Below are positions 1 to 12,700 of a DNA stretch of 64,000 nucleotides, in pieces. Source of the stretch: Balanoglossus misakiensis (taxonomy: Eukaryota > Animalia > Hemichordata); the NCBI GenBank assembly GCA_040954595.2, contig CM082582.2, forward strand, positions 13,428,327 to 13,492,326. The letters are read 5' to 3'. The notes under the pieces were generated by a model, which had not been told where the DNA came from, searched no databases, and worked only from the letters and a program-made list of their open reading frames with translations. Position 1 is the stretch's first letter, and every line of letters starts with the position of its first letter. The position numbers and the translations under genes were made by a program.

Positions 1-3000
1 TCGACCAAATTTTGAAAATTCGCTAAGTCGAAAAATTCTCATTTTGTGACGATTTTCCTGAGCTATAACCCATGGTTTTTGTCAGAAAACCACCAAATTT
101 TGAAAATTCGCAAAGTCGAAAAATTTTCATTTCTGGATGATTTTCATGAGCTATAACCCATGGTTTTTGTCAGAAAACCACCAAATTTTGAAAATTCGCA
201 AAGTCGAAAAATTCTCATTTTCTGACGATTTTCCTGAGCTATAACCCATGGTTTTTTCAAAAATCGACCAAATTTTGAAAATTCGCAAAGTCGAAAAATT
301 CTCATTTTCTGACGATTTTCCTGAGCTATAACCCATGGTTTTTGTCAGAAAACCACCAAATTTCGAAAATTCGCAAAGTCGAAAAATTCTCATTTTTTGA
401 CGATTTTCCTGAGCTATAACCCATGGTTTTTGTCAGAAAACCACCAAATTTTGAAAATTCGCAAAGTCGAAAAATTCTCATTTCTGGATAATTTTCATGA
501 GCTATAACCCATGGTTTTTGTCAGAAAACCACCAAATTTTGAAAATTCGCAAAGTCGAAAAATTCTCATTTCTGGATGATTTTCCTGAGCTATAACCCAT
601 GGTTTTTGTCAGAAAACCACCAAATTTTTAAAATTCGCAAAGTCGAAAAATTCTCATTTTCTGACGATTTTCCTGAGCTATAACCCATGTTTTTTTCAAA
701 AATCGACCAAATTTTGAAAATTCGCAAAGTCGAAAAATTCTCATTTTCTGACGATTTTCCTGAGCTATAACCCATGGTTTTTTCAAAAATCGACCAAATT
801 TTGAAAATTCGCAAAGTCGAATAATTTTCATTTCTGGATGATTTTCATGAGCTATAACCCATGGTTTTTGTCAGAAAACCACCAAATTTTGAAAATTCGC
901 AAAGTCGAAAAATTCTCATTTTCTTACGATTTTCCTGAGCTATAACCCATGGTTTTTTCAAAAATCGACCAAATTTTGAAAATTCGCAAAGTCGAAAAAT
1001 TCTCATTTTCTGACGATTTTCCTGAGCTATAACCCATGGTTTTTTCAAAAATCGACCAAATTTTGAAAATTCGCAAAGTCGAAAAATTCTCATTTTCTGA
1101 CGATTTTCCTGAGCTATAACCCATGTTTTTTGTCAGAAAACCACCAAATTTCGAAAATTCGCAAAGTCGAAAAATTCTCATTTTTTGACGATTTTCCTGA
1201 GCTATAACCCATGGTTTTTGTCAGAAAACCACCAAATTTTGAAAATTCGCAAAGTCGAAAAATTTTCATTTCTGGATGATTTTCATGAGCTATAACCCAT
1301 GGTTTTTGTCAGAAAACCACCAAATTTTGAAAATTCGCAAAGTCGAAAAATTCTCATTTTCTGACGATTTTCCTGAGCTATAACCCATGGTTTTTTCAAA
1401 AATCGACCAAATTTTGAAAATTCGCTAAGTCGAAAAATTCTCATTTTCTGACGATTTTCCTGAGCTATAACCCATGGTTTTTTCAAAAATCGTCCAAATT
1501 TTGAAAATTCGCAAAGTCGAAAAATTCTCATTTTCTGACGATTTTCCTGAGCTATAACCCATGGTTTTTGTCAGAAAACCACCAAATTTTGAAAATTCGC
1601 AAAGTCGAAAAATTCTCATTTCTGGATGATTTTCATGAGTTATAACCCATGGTTTTTGTCAGAAAACCACCAAATTTTGAAAATTCGCAAAGTCGAAAAA
1701 TTCTCATTTCTGGATGATTTTCATGAGCTATAACCCATGGTTTTTGTCAGAAAACCACCAAATTTTGAAAATTCGCAAAGTCGAAAAATTCTCATTTTCT
1801 GACGATTTTCCTGAGCTATAACCCATGTTTTTTTCAAAAATCGACCAAATTTTGAAAATTCGCAAAGTCGAAAAATTCTCATTTTTTGACGATTTTCCTG
1901 AGCTATAACCCATGGTTTTTGTCAGAAAACCACCAAATTTCGAAAATTCGCAAAGTCGAAAAATTCTCATTTTCTGACGATTTTCCTGAGCTATAACCCA
2001 TGGTTTTTGTCAGAAAACCACCAAATTTTGAAAATTCGCAAAGTCGAAAAATTCTCATTTTTTGACGATTTTCCTGAGCTATAACCCATGGTTTTTGTCA
2101 GAAAACCACCAAATTTTGAAAATTCGCAAAGTCGAAAAATTCTCATTTCTGGATAATTTTCATGAGCTATAACCCATGGTTTTTGTCAGAAAACCACCAA
2201 ATTTTGAAAATTCGCAAAGTCGAAAAATTCTCATTTCTGGATGATTTTCCTGAGCTATAACCCATGGTTTTTGTCAGAAAACCACCAAATTTTTAAAATT
2301 CGCAAAGTCGAAAAATTCTCATTTTCTGACGATTTTCCTGAGCTATAACCCATGTTTTTTTCAAAAATCGACCAAATTTTGAAAATTCGCAAAGTCGAAA
2401 AATTCTCATTTTCTGACGATTTTCCTGAGCTATAACCCATGGTTTTTTCAAAAATCGACCAAATTTTGAAAATTCGCAAAGTCGAATAATTTTCATTTCT
2501 GGATGATTTTCATGAGCTATAACCCATGGTTTTTGTCAGAAAACCACCAAATTTTGAAAATTCGCAAAGTCGAAAAATTCTCATTTTCTTACGATTTTCC
2601 TGAGCTATAACCCATGGTTTTTTCAAAAATCGACCAAATTTTGAAAATTCGCAAAGTCGAAAAATTCTCATTTTCTGACGATTTTCCTGAGCTATAACCC
2701 ATGGTTTTTTCAAAAATCGACCAAATTTTGAAAATTCGCAAAGTCGAAAAATTCTCATTTTCTGACGATTTTCCTGAGCTATAACCCATGGTTTTTGTCA
2801 GAAAACCACCAAATTTCGAAAATTCGCAAAGTCGAAAAATTCTCATTTTTTGACGATTTTCCTGAGCTATAACCCATGGTTTTTGTCAGAAAACCACCAA
2901 ATTTTGAAAATTCGCAAAGTCGAAAAATTTTCATTTCTGGATGATTTTCATGAGCTATAACCCATGGTTTTTGTCAGAAAACCACCAAATTTTGAAAATT

Positions 3001-6000
3001 CGCAAAGTCGAAAAATTCTCATTTTCTGACGATTTTCCTGAGCTATAACCCATGGTTTTTTCAAAAATCGACCAAATTTTGAAAATTCGCTAAGTCGAAA
3101 AATTCTCATTTTCTGACGATTTTCCTGAGCTATAACCCATGGTTTTTTCAAAAATCGTCCAAATTTTGAAAATTCGCAAAGTCGAAAAATTCTCATTTTC
3201 TGACGATTTTCCTGAGCTATAACCCATGGTTTTTGTCAGAAAACCACCAAATTTTGAAAATTCGCAAAGTCGAAAAATTCTCATTTCTGGATGATTTTCA
3301 TGAGCTATAACCCATGGTTTTTGTCAGAAAACCACCAAATTTTGAAAATTCGCAAAGTCGAAAAATTCTCATTTCTGGATGATTTTCATGAGCTATAACC
3401 CATGGTTTTTGTCAGAAAACCACCAAATTTTGAAAATTCGCAAAGTCGAAAAATTCTCATTTTCTGACGATTTTCCTGAGCTATAACCCATGTTTTTTTC
3501 AAAAATCGACCAAATTTTGAAAATTCGCAAAGTCGAAAAATTCTCATTTTTTGACGATTTTCCTGAGCTATAACCCATGGTTTTTGTCAGAAAACCACCA
3601 AATTTCGAAAATTCGCAAAGTCGAAAAATTCTCATTTTCTGACGATTTTCCTGAGCTATAACCCATGGTTTTTGTCAGAAAACCACCAAATTTTGAAAAT
3701 TCGCAAAGTCGAAAAATTCTCATTTTCTGACGATTTTCCTGAGCTATAACTCATGGTTTTTTCAAAAATCGACCAAATTTTGAAAATTCGCAAAGTCGAA
3801 AAATTCTCATTTTCTGACGATTTTCCTGAGCTATAACCCATGGTTTTTGTCAGAAAACCACCAAATTTCGAAAATTCGCAAAGTCGAAAAATTCTCATTT
3901 TTTGACGATTTTCCTGAGCTATAACCCATGGTTTTTGTCAGAAAACCACCAAATTTTGAAAATTCGCAAAGTCGAAAAATTCTCATTTCTGGATGATTTT
4001 CCTGAGCTATAACCCATGGTTTTTGTCAGAAAACCACCAAATTTTGAAAATTCGCAAAGTCGAAAAATTCTCATTTTCTGACGATTTTCCTGAGCTATAA
4101 CCCATGGTTTTTTCAAAAATCGACCAAATTTTGAAAATTCGCAAAGTCGAAAAATTCTCATTTTCTGACGATTTTCCTGAGCTATAACCCATGGTTTTTT
4201 CAAAAATCGACCAAATTTTGAAAATTCGCAAAGTCGAAAAATTCTCATTTTTTGACGATTTTCCTGAGCTATAACCCATGGTTTTTGTCAGAAAACCACC
4301 AAATTTCGGAAATTCGCTAAGTCGAAAAATTCTCATTTTCTGACGATTTTCCTGAGCTATAACCCATGGTTTTTGTCAGAAAACCACCAAATTTTGAAAA
4401 TTCGCAAAGTCGAAAAATTCTCATTTTCTGACGATTTTCCTGAGCTATAACTCATGGTTTTTTCAAAAATCGACCAAATTTTGAAAATTCGCAAAGTCGA
4501 AAAATTCTCATTTTCTGACGATTTTCCTGAGCTATAACCCATGGTTTTTGTCAGAAAACCACCAAATTTCGAAAATTCGCAAAGTCGAAAAATTCTCATT
4601 TTTTGACGATTTTCCTGAGCTATAACCCATGGTTTTTGTCAGAAAACCACCAAATTTTGAAAATTCGCAAAGTCGAAAAATTCTCATTTCTGGATGATTT
4701 TCCTGAGCTATAACCCATGGTTTTTGTCAGAAAACCACCAAATTTTGAAAATTCGCAAAGTCGAAAAATTCTCATTTTCTGACGATTTTCCTGAGCTATA
4801 ACCCATGGTTTTTTCAAAAATCGACCAAATTTTGAAAATTCGCAAAGTCGAAAAATTCTCATTTTCTGACGATTTTCCTGAGCTATAACCCATGGTTTTT
4901 TCAAAAATCGACCAAATTTTGAAAATTCGCAAAGTCGAAAAATTCTCATTTTTTGACGATTTTCCTGAGCTATAACCCATGGTTTTTGTCAGAAAACCAC
5001 CAAATTTTGAAAATTCGCAAAGTCGAAAAATTCTCATTTCTGGATGATTTTCATGAGCTATAACCCTTGGTTTTTGTCAGAAAACCACCAAATTTTGAAA
5101 ATTCGCGAAGTCGAAAAATTCTCATTTCTGGATGATTTTCATGAGCTATAACCCATGGTTTTTGTCAGAAAACCACCAAATTTTGAAAATTCGCAAAGTC
5201 GAAAAATTCTCATTTTCTGACGATTTTCCTGAGCTATAACCCATGGTTTTTTCAAAAATCGACCAAATTTTGAAAATTCGCAAAGTCGAAAAATTCTCAT
5301 TTTTTGACGATTTTCCTGAGCTATAACCCATGGTTTTTGTCAGAAAACCACCAAATTTTGAAAATTCGCAAAGTCGAAAAATTCTCATTTCTGGATGATT
5401 TTCATGAGCTATAACCCATGGTTTTTGTCAGAAAACCACCAAATTTTGAAAATTCGCAAAGTCGAAAAATTCTCATTTTCTGACGATTTTCCTGAGCTAT
5501 AACCCATGGTTTTTTCTAAAATCGACCAAATTTTGAAAATTCGCAAAGTCGAAAAATTCTCATTTTCTGACGATTTTCCTGAGCTATAACCCATGGTTTT
5601 TTCAAAAATCGACCAAATTTTGAAAATTCGCAAAGTCGAAAAATTATCATTTTCTGACGATTTTCCTGAGCTATAACCCATGGTTTTTGTCAGAAATCCA
5701 CCAAATTTTGAAAATTCGCAAAGTCGAAAAATTCTCATTTTCTGACGATTTTCCTGAGCTATAACCCATGGTTTTTTCAAAAATTTACCAAATTTTGAAA
5801 ATTCGCAAAGTCGAAAAATTCTCATTTTCTGACGATTTTCCTGAGCTATAACCCATGGTTTTTTCAAAAATCGACCAAATTTTGAAAATTCGAAAAGTCT
5901 AAAAATTCTCATTTTCTGACGATTTTCCTGAGCTATAACCCATGGTTTTTGTCAGAAAACCACCAAATTTTGAAAATTCGCAAAGTCGAAAAATTCTCAT

Positions 6001-9000
6001 TTTCTGACGATTTTCCTGAGCTATAACCCATGGTTTTTTCAAAAATCGACCAAATTTTGAAAATTCGCAAAGTCGAAAAATTCTCATTTTCTGACGATTT
6101 TCCTGAGCTATAACCCATGGTTTTTTCAAAAATCGACCAAATTTTGAAAATTCGCAAAGTCGAAAAATTCTCATTTTTTGACGATTTTCCTGAGCTATAA
6201 CCCATGGTTTTTGTCAGAAAACCACCAAATTTTGAAAATTCGCAAAGTCGAAAAATTCTCATTTCTGGATGATTTTCATGAGCTATAACCCTTGGTTTTT
6301 GTCAGAAAACCACCAAATTTTGAAAATTCGCGAAGTCGAAAAATTCTCATTTCTGGATGATTTTCATGAGCTATAACCCATGGTTTTTGTCAGAAAACCA
6401 CCAAATTTTGAAAATTCGCAAAGTCGAAAAATTCTCATTTTCTGACGATTTTCCTGAGCTATAACCCATGGTTTTTTCAAAAATCGACCAAATTTTGAAA
6501 ATTCGCAAAGTCGAAAAATTCTCATTTTCTGACGATTTTCCTGAGCTATAACCCATGGTTTTTGTCAGAAAACCACCAAATTTTGAAAATTCGCAAAGTC
6601 GAAAAATTCTCATTTCAGGATGATTTTCATGAGCTATAACCCATGGTTTTTGTCAGAAAACCACCAAATTTTGAAAATTCGCAAAGTCGAAAAATTCTCA
6701 TTTTCTGACGATTTTCCTGAGCTATAACCCATGGTTTTTTCAAAAATCGACCAAATTTTGAAAATTCGCAAAGTCGAAAAATTATCATTTTCTGACGATT
6801 TTCCTGAGCTATAACCCATGGTTTTTTCAAAAATCGACCAAATTTTGAAAATTCGCAAAGTCGAAAAATTATCATTTTCTGACGATTTTCCTGAGCTATA
6901 ACCCATGGTTTTTTCAAAAATCGACCAAATTTTGAAAATTCGAAAAGTCTAAAAATTCTCATTTTCTGACGATTTTCCTGAGCTATAACCCATGGTTTTT
7001 GTCAGAAAACCACCAAATTTTGAAAATTCGCAAAGTCGAAAAATTCTCATTTCTGGATGATTTTCATGAGCTATATAACCCATGGTTTTTGTCAGAAAAC
7101 CACCAAATTTTGAAAATTCGCAAAGTCGAAAAATTCTCATTTTCTGACGATTTTCCTGAGCTATAACCCATGGTTTTTTCAAAAATCGACCAAATTTTGA
7201 AAATTCGCAAAGTCGAAAAATTCTCATTTTCTGACGATTTTCCTGAGCTATAACCCATGGTTTTTTCAAAAATCGACCAAATTTTGAAAATTCGCAAAGT
7301 CGAAAAATTCTCATTTTCTGACGATTTTCCTGAGCTATAACCCATGGTTTTTGTCAGAAAACCACCAAATTTTGAAAATTCACAAAGTCGAAAAATTCTC
7401 ATTTTCTGACGATTTTCCTGAGCTATAACCCATGGTTTTTTCAAAAATCGACCAAATTTTGAAAATTCTCAAAGTCGAAAAATTCTCATTTTCTGACGAT
7501 TTTCCTGAGCTATAACCCATGGTTTTTTCAAGAATCGACCAAATTTTGAAAATTCGCAAAGTCGAAAAATTCTCATTTTCTGACGATTTTCCTCAGCTAT
7601 AACCCATGGTTTTTGTCAGAAAACCACCAAATTTTGAAAATTCGCAAAGTCGAAAAATTCTCATTTCTGGATGATTTTCATGAGCTATAACCCATGGTTT
7701 TTGTCAGAAAACCACCAAATTTTGAAAATTCGCAAAGTCGAAAAATTCTCATTTTCTGACGATTTTCCTGAGCTATAACCCATGGTTTTTTCAAAAATCG
7801 ACCAAATTTTGAAAATTCGCAAAGTCGAAAAATTCTCATTTTCTGACGATTTTCCTGAGCTATAACCCATGGTTTTTTCAAAAATCGACCAAATTTTGAA
7901 AATTCGCAAAGTCGAAAAATTCTCATTTCTGGATGATTTTCATGAGCTATAACCCATGGTATTTGTCAGAAAACCACCAAATTTTGAAAATTCGCAAAGT
8001 CGAAAAATTCTCATTTCTGGATGATTTTCATGAGCTATAACCCTTGGTTTTTGTCAGAAAACCACCAAATTTTGAAAATTCGCGAAGTCGAAAAATTCTC
8101 ATTTCTGGATGATTTTCATGAGCTATAACCCATGGTTTTTGTCAGAAAACCACCAAATTTTGAAAATTCGCAAAGTCGAAAAATTCTCATTTTCTGACGA
8201 TTTTCCTGAGCTATAACCCATGGTTTTTTCAAAAATCGACCAAATTTAAAAAATTCGCAAAGTCGAAAAATTCTCATTTTCTGACGATTTTCCTGAGCTA
8301 TAACCCATGGTTTTTTCAAAAATCGACCAAATTTTGAAAATTCGCAAAGTCGACAAATTCTCATTTCTGGATGATTTTCATGAGCTATAACCCATGGTTT
8401 TTGTCAGAAAACCACCAAATTTTGAAAATTCGCAAAGTCGAAAAATTCTCATTTTCTGACGATTTTCCTGAGCTATAACCCATGGTTTTTTCAAAAATCG
8501 ACCAAATTTTGAAAATTCGCAAAGTCGAAAAATTCTCATTTTCTGACGATTTTCCTGAGCTATAACCCATGGTTTTTTCAAAAATCGACCAAATTTTGAA
8601 AATTCGCAAAGTCGAAAAATTCTCATTTCTGGATGATTTTCATGAGCTATAACCCATGGTATTTGTCAGAAAACCACCAAATTTTGAAAATTCGCAAAGT
8701 CGAAAAATTCTCATTTCTGGATGATTTTCATGAGCTACAACCCATGGTTTTTGTCAGAAAACCACCAAATTTTGAAAATTCGCAAAGTCGAAAAATTCTC
8801 ATTTTCTGACGATTTTCCTGAGCTATAACCCATGGTTTTTTCAAAAATCGACCAAATTTTGAAAATTCGCAAAGTCGAAAAATTCTCATTTTCTGACGAT
8901 TTTCCTGAGCTATAACCCATGGTTTTTTCAAAAATCGACCAAATTTAAAAAATTCGCAAAGTCGAAAAATTCTCATTTTCTGACGATTTTCCTGAGCTAT

Positions 9001-9741
9001 AACCCATGGTTTTTTCAAAAATCGACCAAATTTTGAAAATTCGCAAAGTCGACAAATTCTCATTTCTGGATGATTTTCATGAGCTATAACCCATGGTTTT
9101 TGTCAGAAAACCACCAAATTTTGAAAATTCGCAAAGTCGAAAAATTCTCATTTTCTGACGATTTTCCTGAGCTATAACCCATGGTTTTTTCAAAAATCAA
9201 CCAAATTTTGAAAATTCGCAAAGTCGAAAAATTCTCATTTTCTGACGATTTTCCTGAGCTATAACCCATGTTTTTTTCAAAAATCGACCAAATTTTGAAA
9301 ATTCGCAAAGTCAAAAAATCTCATTTTCTGACGATTTTCCTGAGCTATAACCCATGGTTTTTGTCAGAAAACCACCAAATTTTGAAAATTCGCAAAGTCG
9401 AAAAATTCTCATTTTCTGACGATTTTCCTGAGCTATAACACATGGTTTTTTCAAAAATCGACCAAATTTTGAAAATTCGCAAAGTCGAAAAATTCTCATT
9501 TTCTGACGATTTTCCTGAGCTATAACCCATGGATTTTGTCAGAAAATCACCAAATTTCGAAAATTCGCAAAGTCGAAAAATTCTCATTTTTTGACGATTT
9601 TCCTGAGCTATAACCCATGGTTTTTGTCAGAAAACCACCAAATTTTGAAAATTCGCAAAGTCGAAAAATTCTCATTTCTGGATGATTTTCATGAGCTATA
9701 ACCCATGGTTTTTGTCAGAAAACCACCAAATTTTGAAAATT
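1..9741 (-). repeat. Satellite array, left arm: ~111 monomers of 87/88 bp on the minus strand; continues past the window start
   Basis: Uninterrupted tandem copies of the reverse complement of CCATGGGTTATAGCTCAGGAAAATCGTCAGAAAATGAGAATTTTTCGACTTTGCGAATTTTCAAAATTTGGTGGTTTTCTGACAAAAA (88 bp) or the 87-bp form ending GGTCGATTTTTGAAAAAA. Copy number is estimated from length/period. Confidence 0.98.
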
Positions 9742-12700
9742 TTTCGACTTTGCGAATTTTCAAAATTTGGTCGATTTTTGAAAAAACCATGGGTTATAGC
9801 TCAGGAAAATCGTCAGAAAATGAGAATTTTTTGACTTTGCGAATTTTCAAAATTTGGTGGTTTTCTGACAAAAACCATGGGTTATAGCTCATGAAAATCA
9901 TCCAGAAATGAGAATTTTTCGACTTTGCGAATTTTCAAAATTTGGTGGTTTTCTGACAAAAACCATGGGTTATAGCTCAGGAAAATCGTCAGAAAATGAG
10001 AATTTTTCGACTTTGCGAATTTTCAAAATTTGGTGGTTTTCTGACAAAAACCATGGGTTATAGCTCATGAAAATCATCCAGAAATGAGAATTTTTCGACT
10101 TTGCGAATTTTCAAAATTTGGTCGATTTTTGAAAAAACCATGGGTTATAGCTCAGGAAAATCGTCAGAAAATGAGAATTTTTCGACTTTGCGAATTTTCA
10201 AAATTTGGTCGATTTTTGAAAAAAACATGGGTTATAGCTCATGAAAATCATCCAGAAATGAGAATTTTTCGACTTTGCGAATTTTCAAAATTTGGTGGTT
10301 TTCTGACAAAAACCATGGGTTATAGCTCAGGAAAACCGTCAAAAAATGAGAATTTTTCGACTTTGCGAATTTTTGAAATTTGGTGGTTTTCTGACAAAAA
10401 CCATGGGTTATAGCTCAGGAAAATCGTCAGAAAATGAGAATTTTTCGACTTTGCGAATTTTCAAAATTTGGTCGATTTTTGATAAAACCATGGGTTATAG
10501 CTCAGGAAAATCGTCAGAAAATGAGAATTTTTCGACTTTGCGAATTTTCAAAATTTGGTGGTTTTCTGACAAAAACCATGGGTTATAGCTCATGAAAATC
10601 ATCCAGAAATGAGAATTTTTCGACTTTGCGAATTTTCAAAATTTGGTGGTTTTCTGACGAAAACCATGGGTTATAGCTCATGAAAATCATCCAGAAATGA
10701 GAATTTTTCGACTTTGCGAATTTTCAAATTTGGTCGATTTTTGAAAAAACCATGGGTTATAGCTCAGGAAAATCGTCAGAAAATGAGAATTTTTCGACTT
10801 TGCGAATTTTCAAAATTTGGTGGTTTTCTGACAAAAACCATGGGTTATAGCTCAGGAAAATCATCCAGAAATGAGAATTTTTCGACTTTGCGAATTTTCA
10901 AAATTTGGTGGTTTTCTGACAAAAACCATGGGTTATAGCTCATGAAAATCGTCAAAAAATGAGAATTTTTCGACTTTGCGAATTTTCAAAATTTGGTGGT
11001 TTTCTGACAAAAACCATGGGTTATAGCTCAGGAAAATCGTCAGAAAATGTGAATTTTTCGACTTTGCGAATTTTCAAAATTTGGTCGATTTTTGAAAAAA
11101 CCATGGGTTATAGCTCAGGAAAATCGTCAGAAAATGAGAATTTTTCGACTTTGCGAATTTTCAAAATTTGGTCGATTTTTGAAAAAACCATGGGTTATAG
11201 CTCAGGAAAATCGTCAGAAAATGAGAATTTTTCGACTTTGCGAATTTTCAAAATTTGGTGGTTTTCTGACAAAAACCATGGGTTATAGCTCATGAAAATC
11301 ATCCAGAAATGAGAATTTTTCGACTTTGCGAATTTTCAAAATTTGGTAGATTTTTGAAAAAACCATGGGTTATAGCTCAGGAAAATCGTCAGAAAATGAG
11401 AATTTTTCGACTTTGCGAATTTTCAAACTTTGGTCGATTTTTGAAAAAAACATGGGTTATAGCTTAGGAAAATCGTCAGAAAATGAGAATTTTTCGACTT
11501 TGCGAATTTTCAAAATTTGGTGGTTTTCTGACAAAAACCATGGGTTATAGCTCATGAAAATCATCCAGAAATGAGAATTTTTCGACTTTGCGAATATTCA
11601 AAATTTGGTGGTTTTCTGACAAAAACCATGGGTTATAGCTCAGGAAAATCGTCAGAAAATGAGAATTTTTCGACTTTGCGAATTTTCAAAATTTGGTGGT
11701 TTTCTGACAAAAACCATGGGTTATAGCTCAGGAAAATCATCCAGAAATGAGAATTTTTCGACGTTGCGAATTTTCAAAATTTGGTGGTTTTCTGACAAAA
11801 ACCATGGGTTATAGCTCAGGAAAATCGTCAGAAAATGAGAATTTTTCGACTTTGCGAATTTTCAAAATTTGGTGGTTATCTGACAAAAACCATGGGTTAT
11901 AGCTCATGAAAATCATCCAGAAATGAGAATTTTTCGACTTTGCGAATTTTCAAAATTTGGTGGTTTTCTGACAAAAACCATGGGTTATAGCTCATGAAAA
12001 TCATCCAGAAATGAGAATTTTTCGACTTTGCGAATTTTCAAAATTTGGTGGTTTTCTGACAAAAACCATGGGTTATAGCTCAGGAAAATCGTCATAAAAT
12101 GAGAATTTTTCGACTTTGCGGATTTTCAAAATTTGGTCGATTTTTGAAAAAACCATGGGTTATAGCTCAGGAAAATCGTCAGAAAATGAGAATTTTTCGA
12201 CTTTGCGGATTTTCAAAATTTGGTCGATTTTTGAAAAAACCATGGGTTATAGCTCATGAAAATCATCCAGAAATGAGAATTTTTCGACTTTGCGAATTTT
12301 CAAAATTTGGTCGATTTTTTAAAAAACCATGGGTTATAGCCCAGGAAAATCGTCAGAAAATGAGAATTTTTCGACTTTGCGAATTTTCAAAATTTGGTGG
12401 TTTTCTGACAAAAACCATGGGTTATAGCTCAGGAAAATCGTCAGAAAATGTGAATTTTTCGACTTTGCGAATTTTCAAAATTTGGTCGATTTTTGAAAAA
12501 ACCATGGGTTATAGCTCAGGAAAATCGTCAGAAAATGAGAATTTTTCGACTTTGCGAATTTTCAAAATTTGGTCGATTTTTGAAAAAAACATGGGTTATA
12601 GCTCAGGAAAATCGTCAGAAAATGAGAATTTTTCGACTTTGCGAATTTTCAAAATTTGGTGGTTTTCTGACAAAAACCATGGGTTATAGCTCATGAAAAT

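Noticed and set aside
9725-9771. Junction as a simple fold-back sequencing chimera
   Set aside because: The arms are not exact mirror images beyond 17 bp and have different HORs; a scaffolding misjoin still cannot be excluded without reads.
9900-9935. CENP-B box in the monomer (TTCGCAAAGTCGAA / TTCGACTTTGCGAA)
   Set aside because: Has TTCG and a second CG, but the spacing and the required CGGG of TTCG-N4-A-N2-CGGG do not match.
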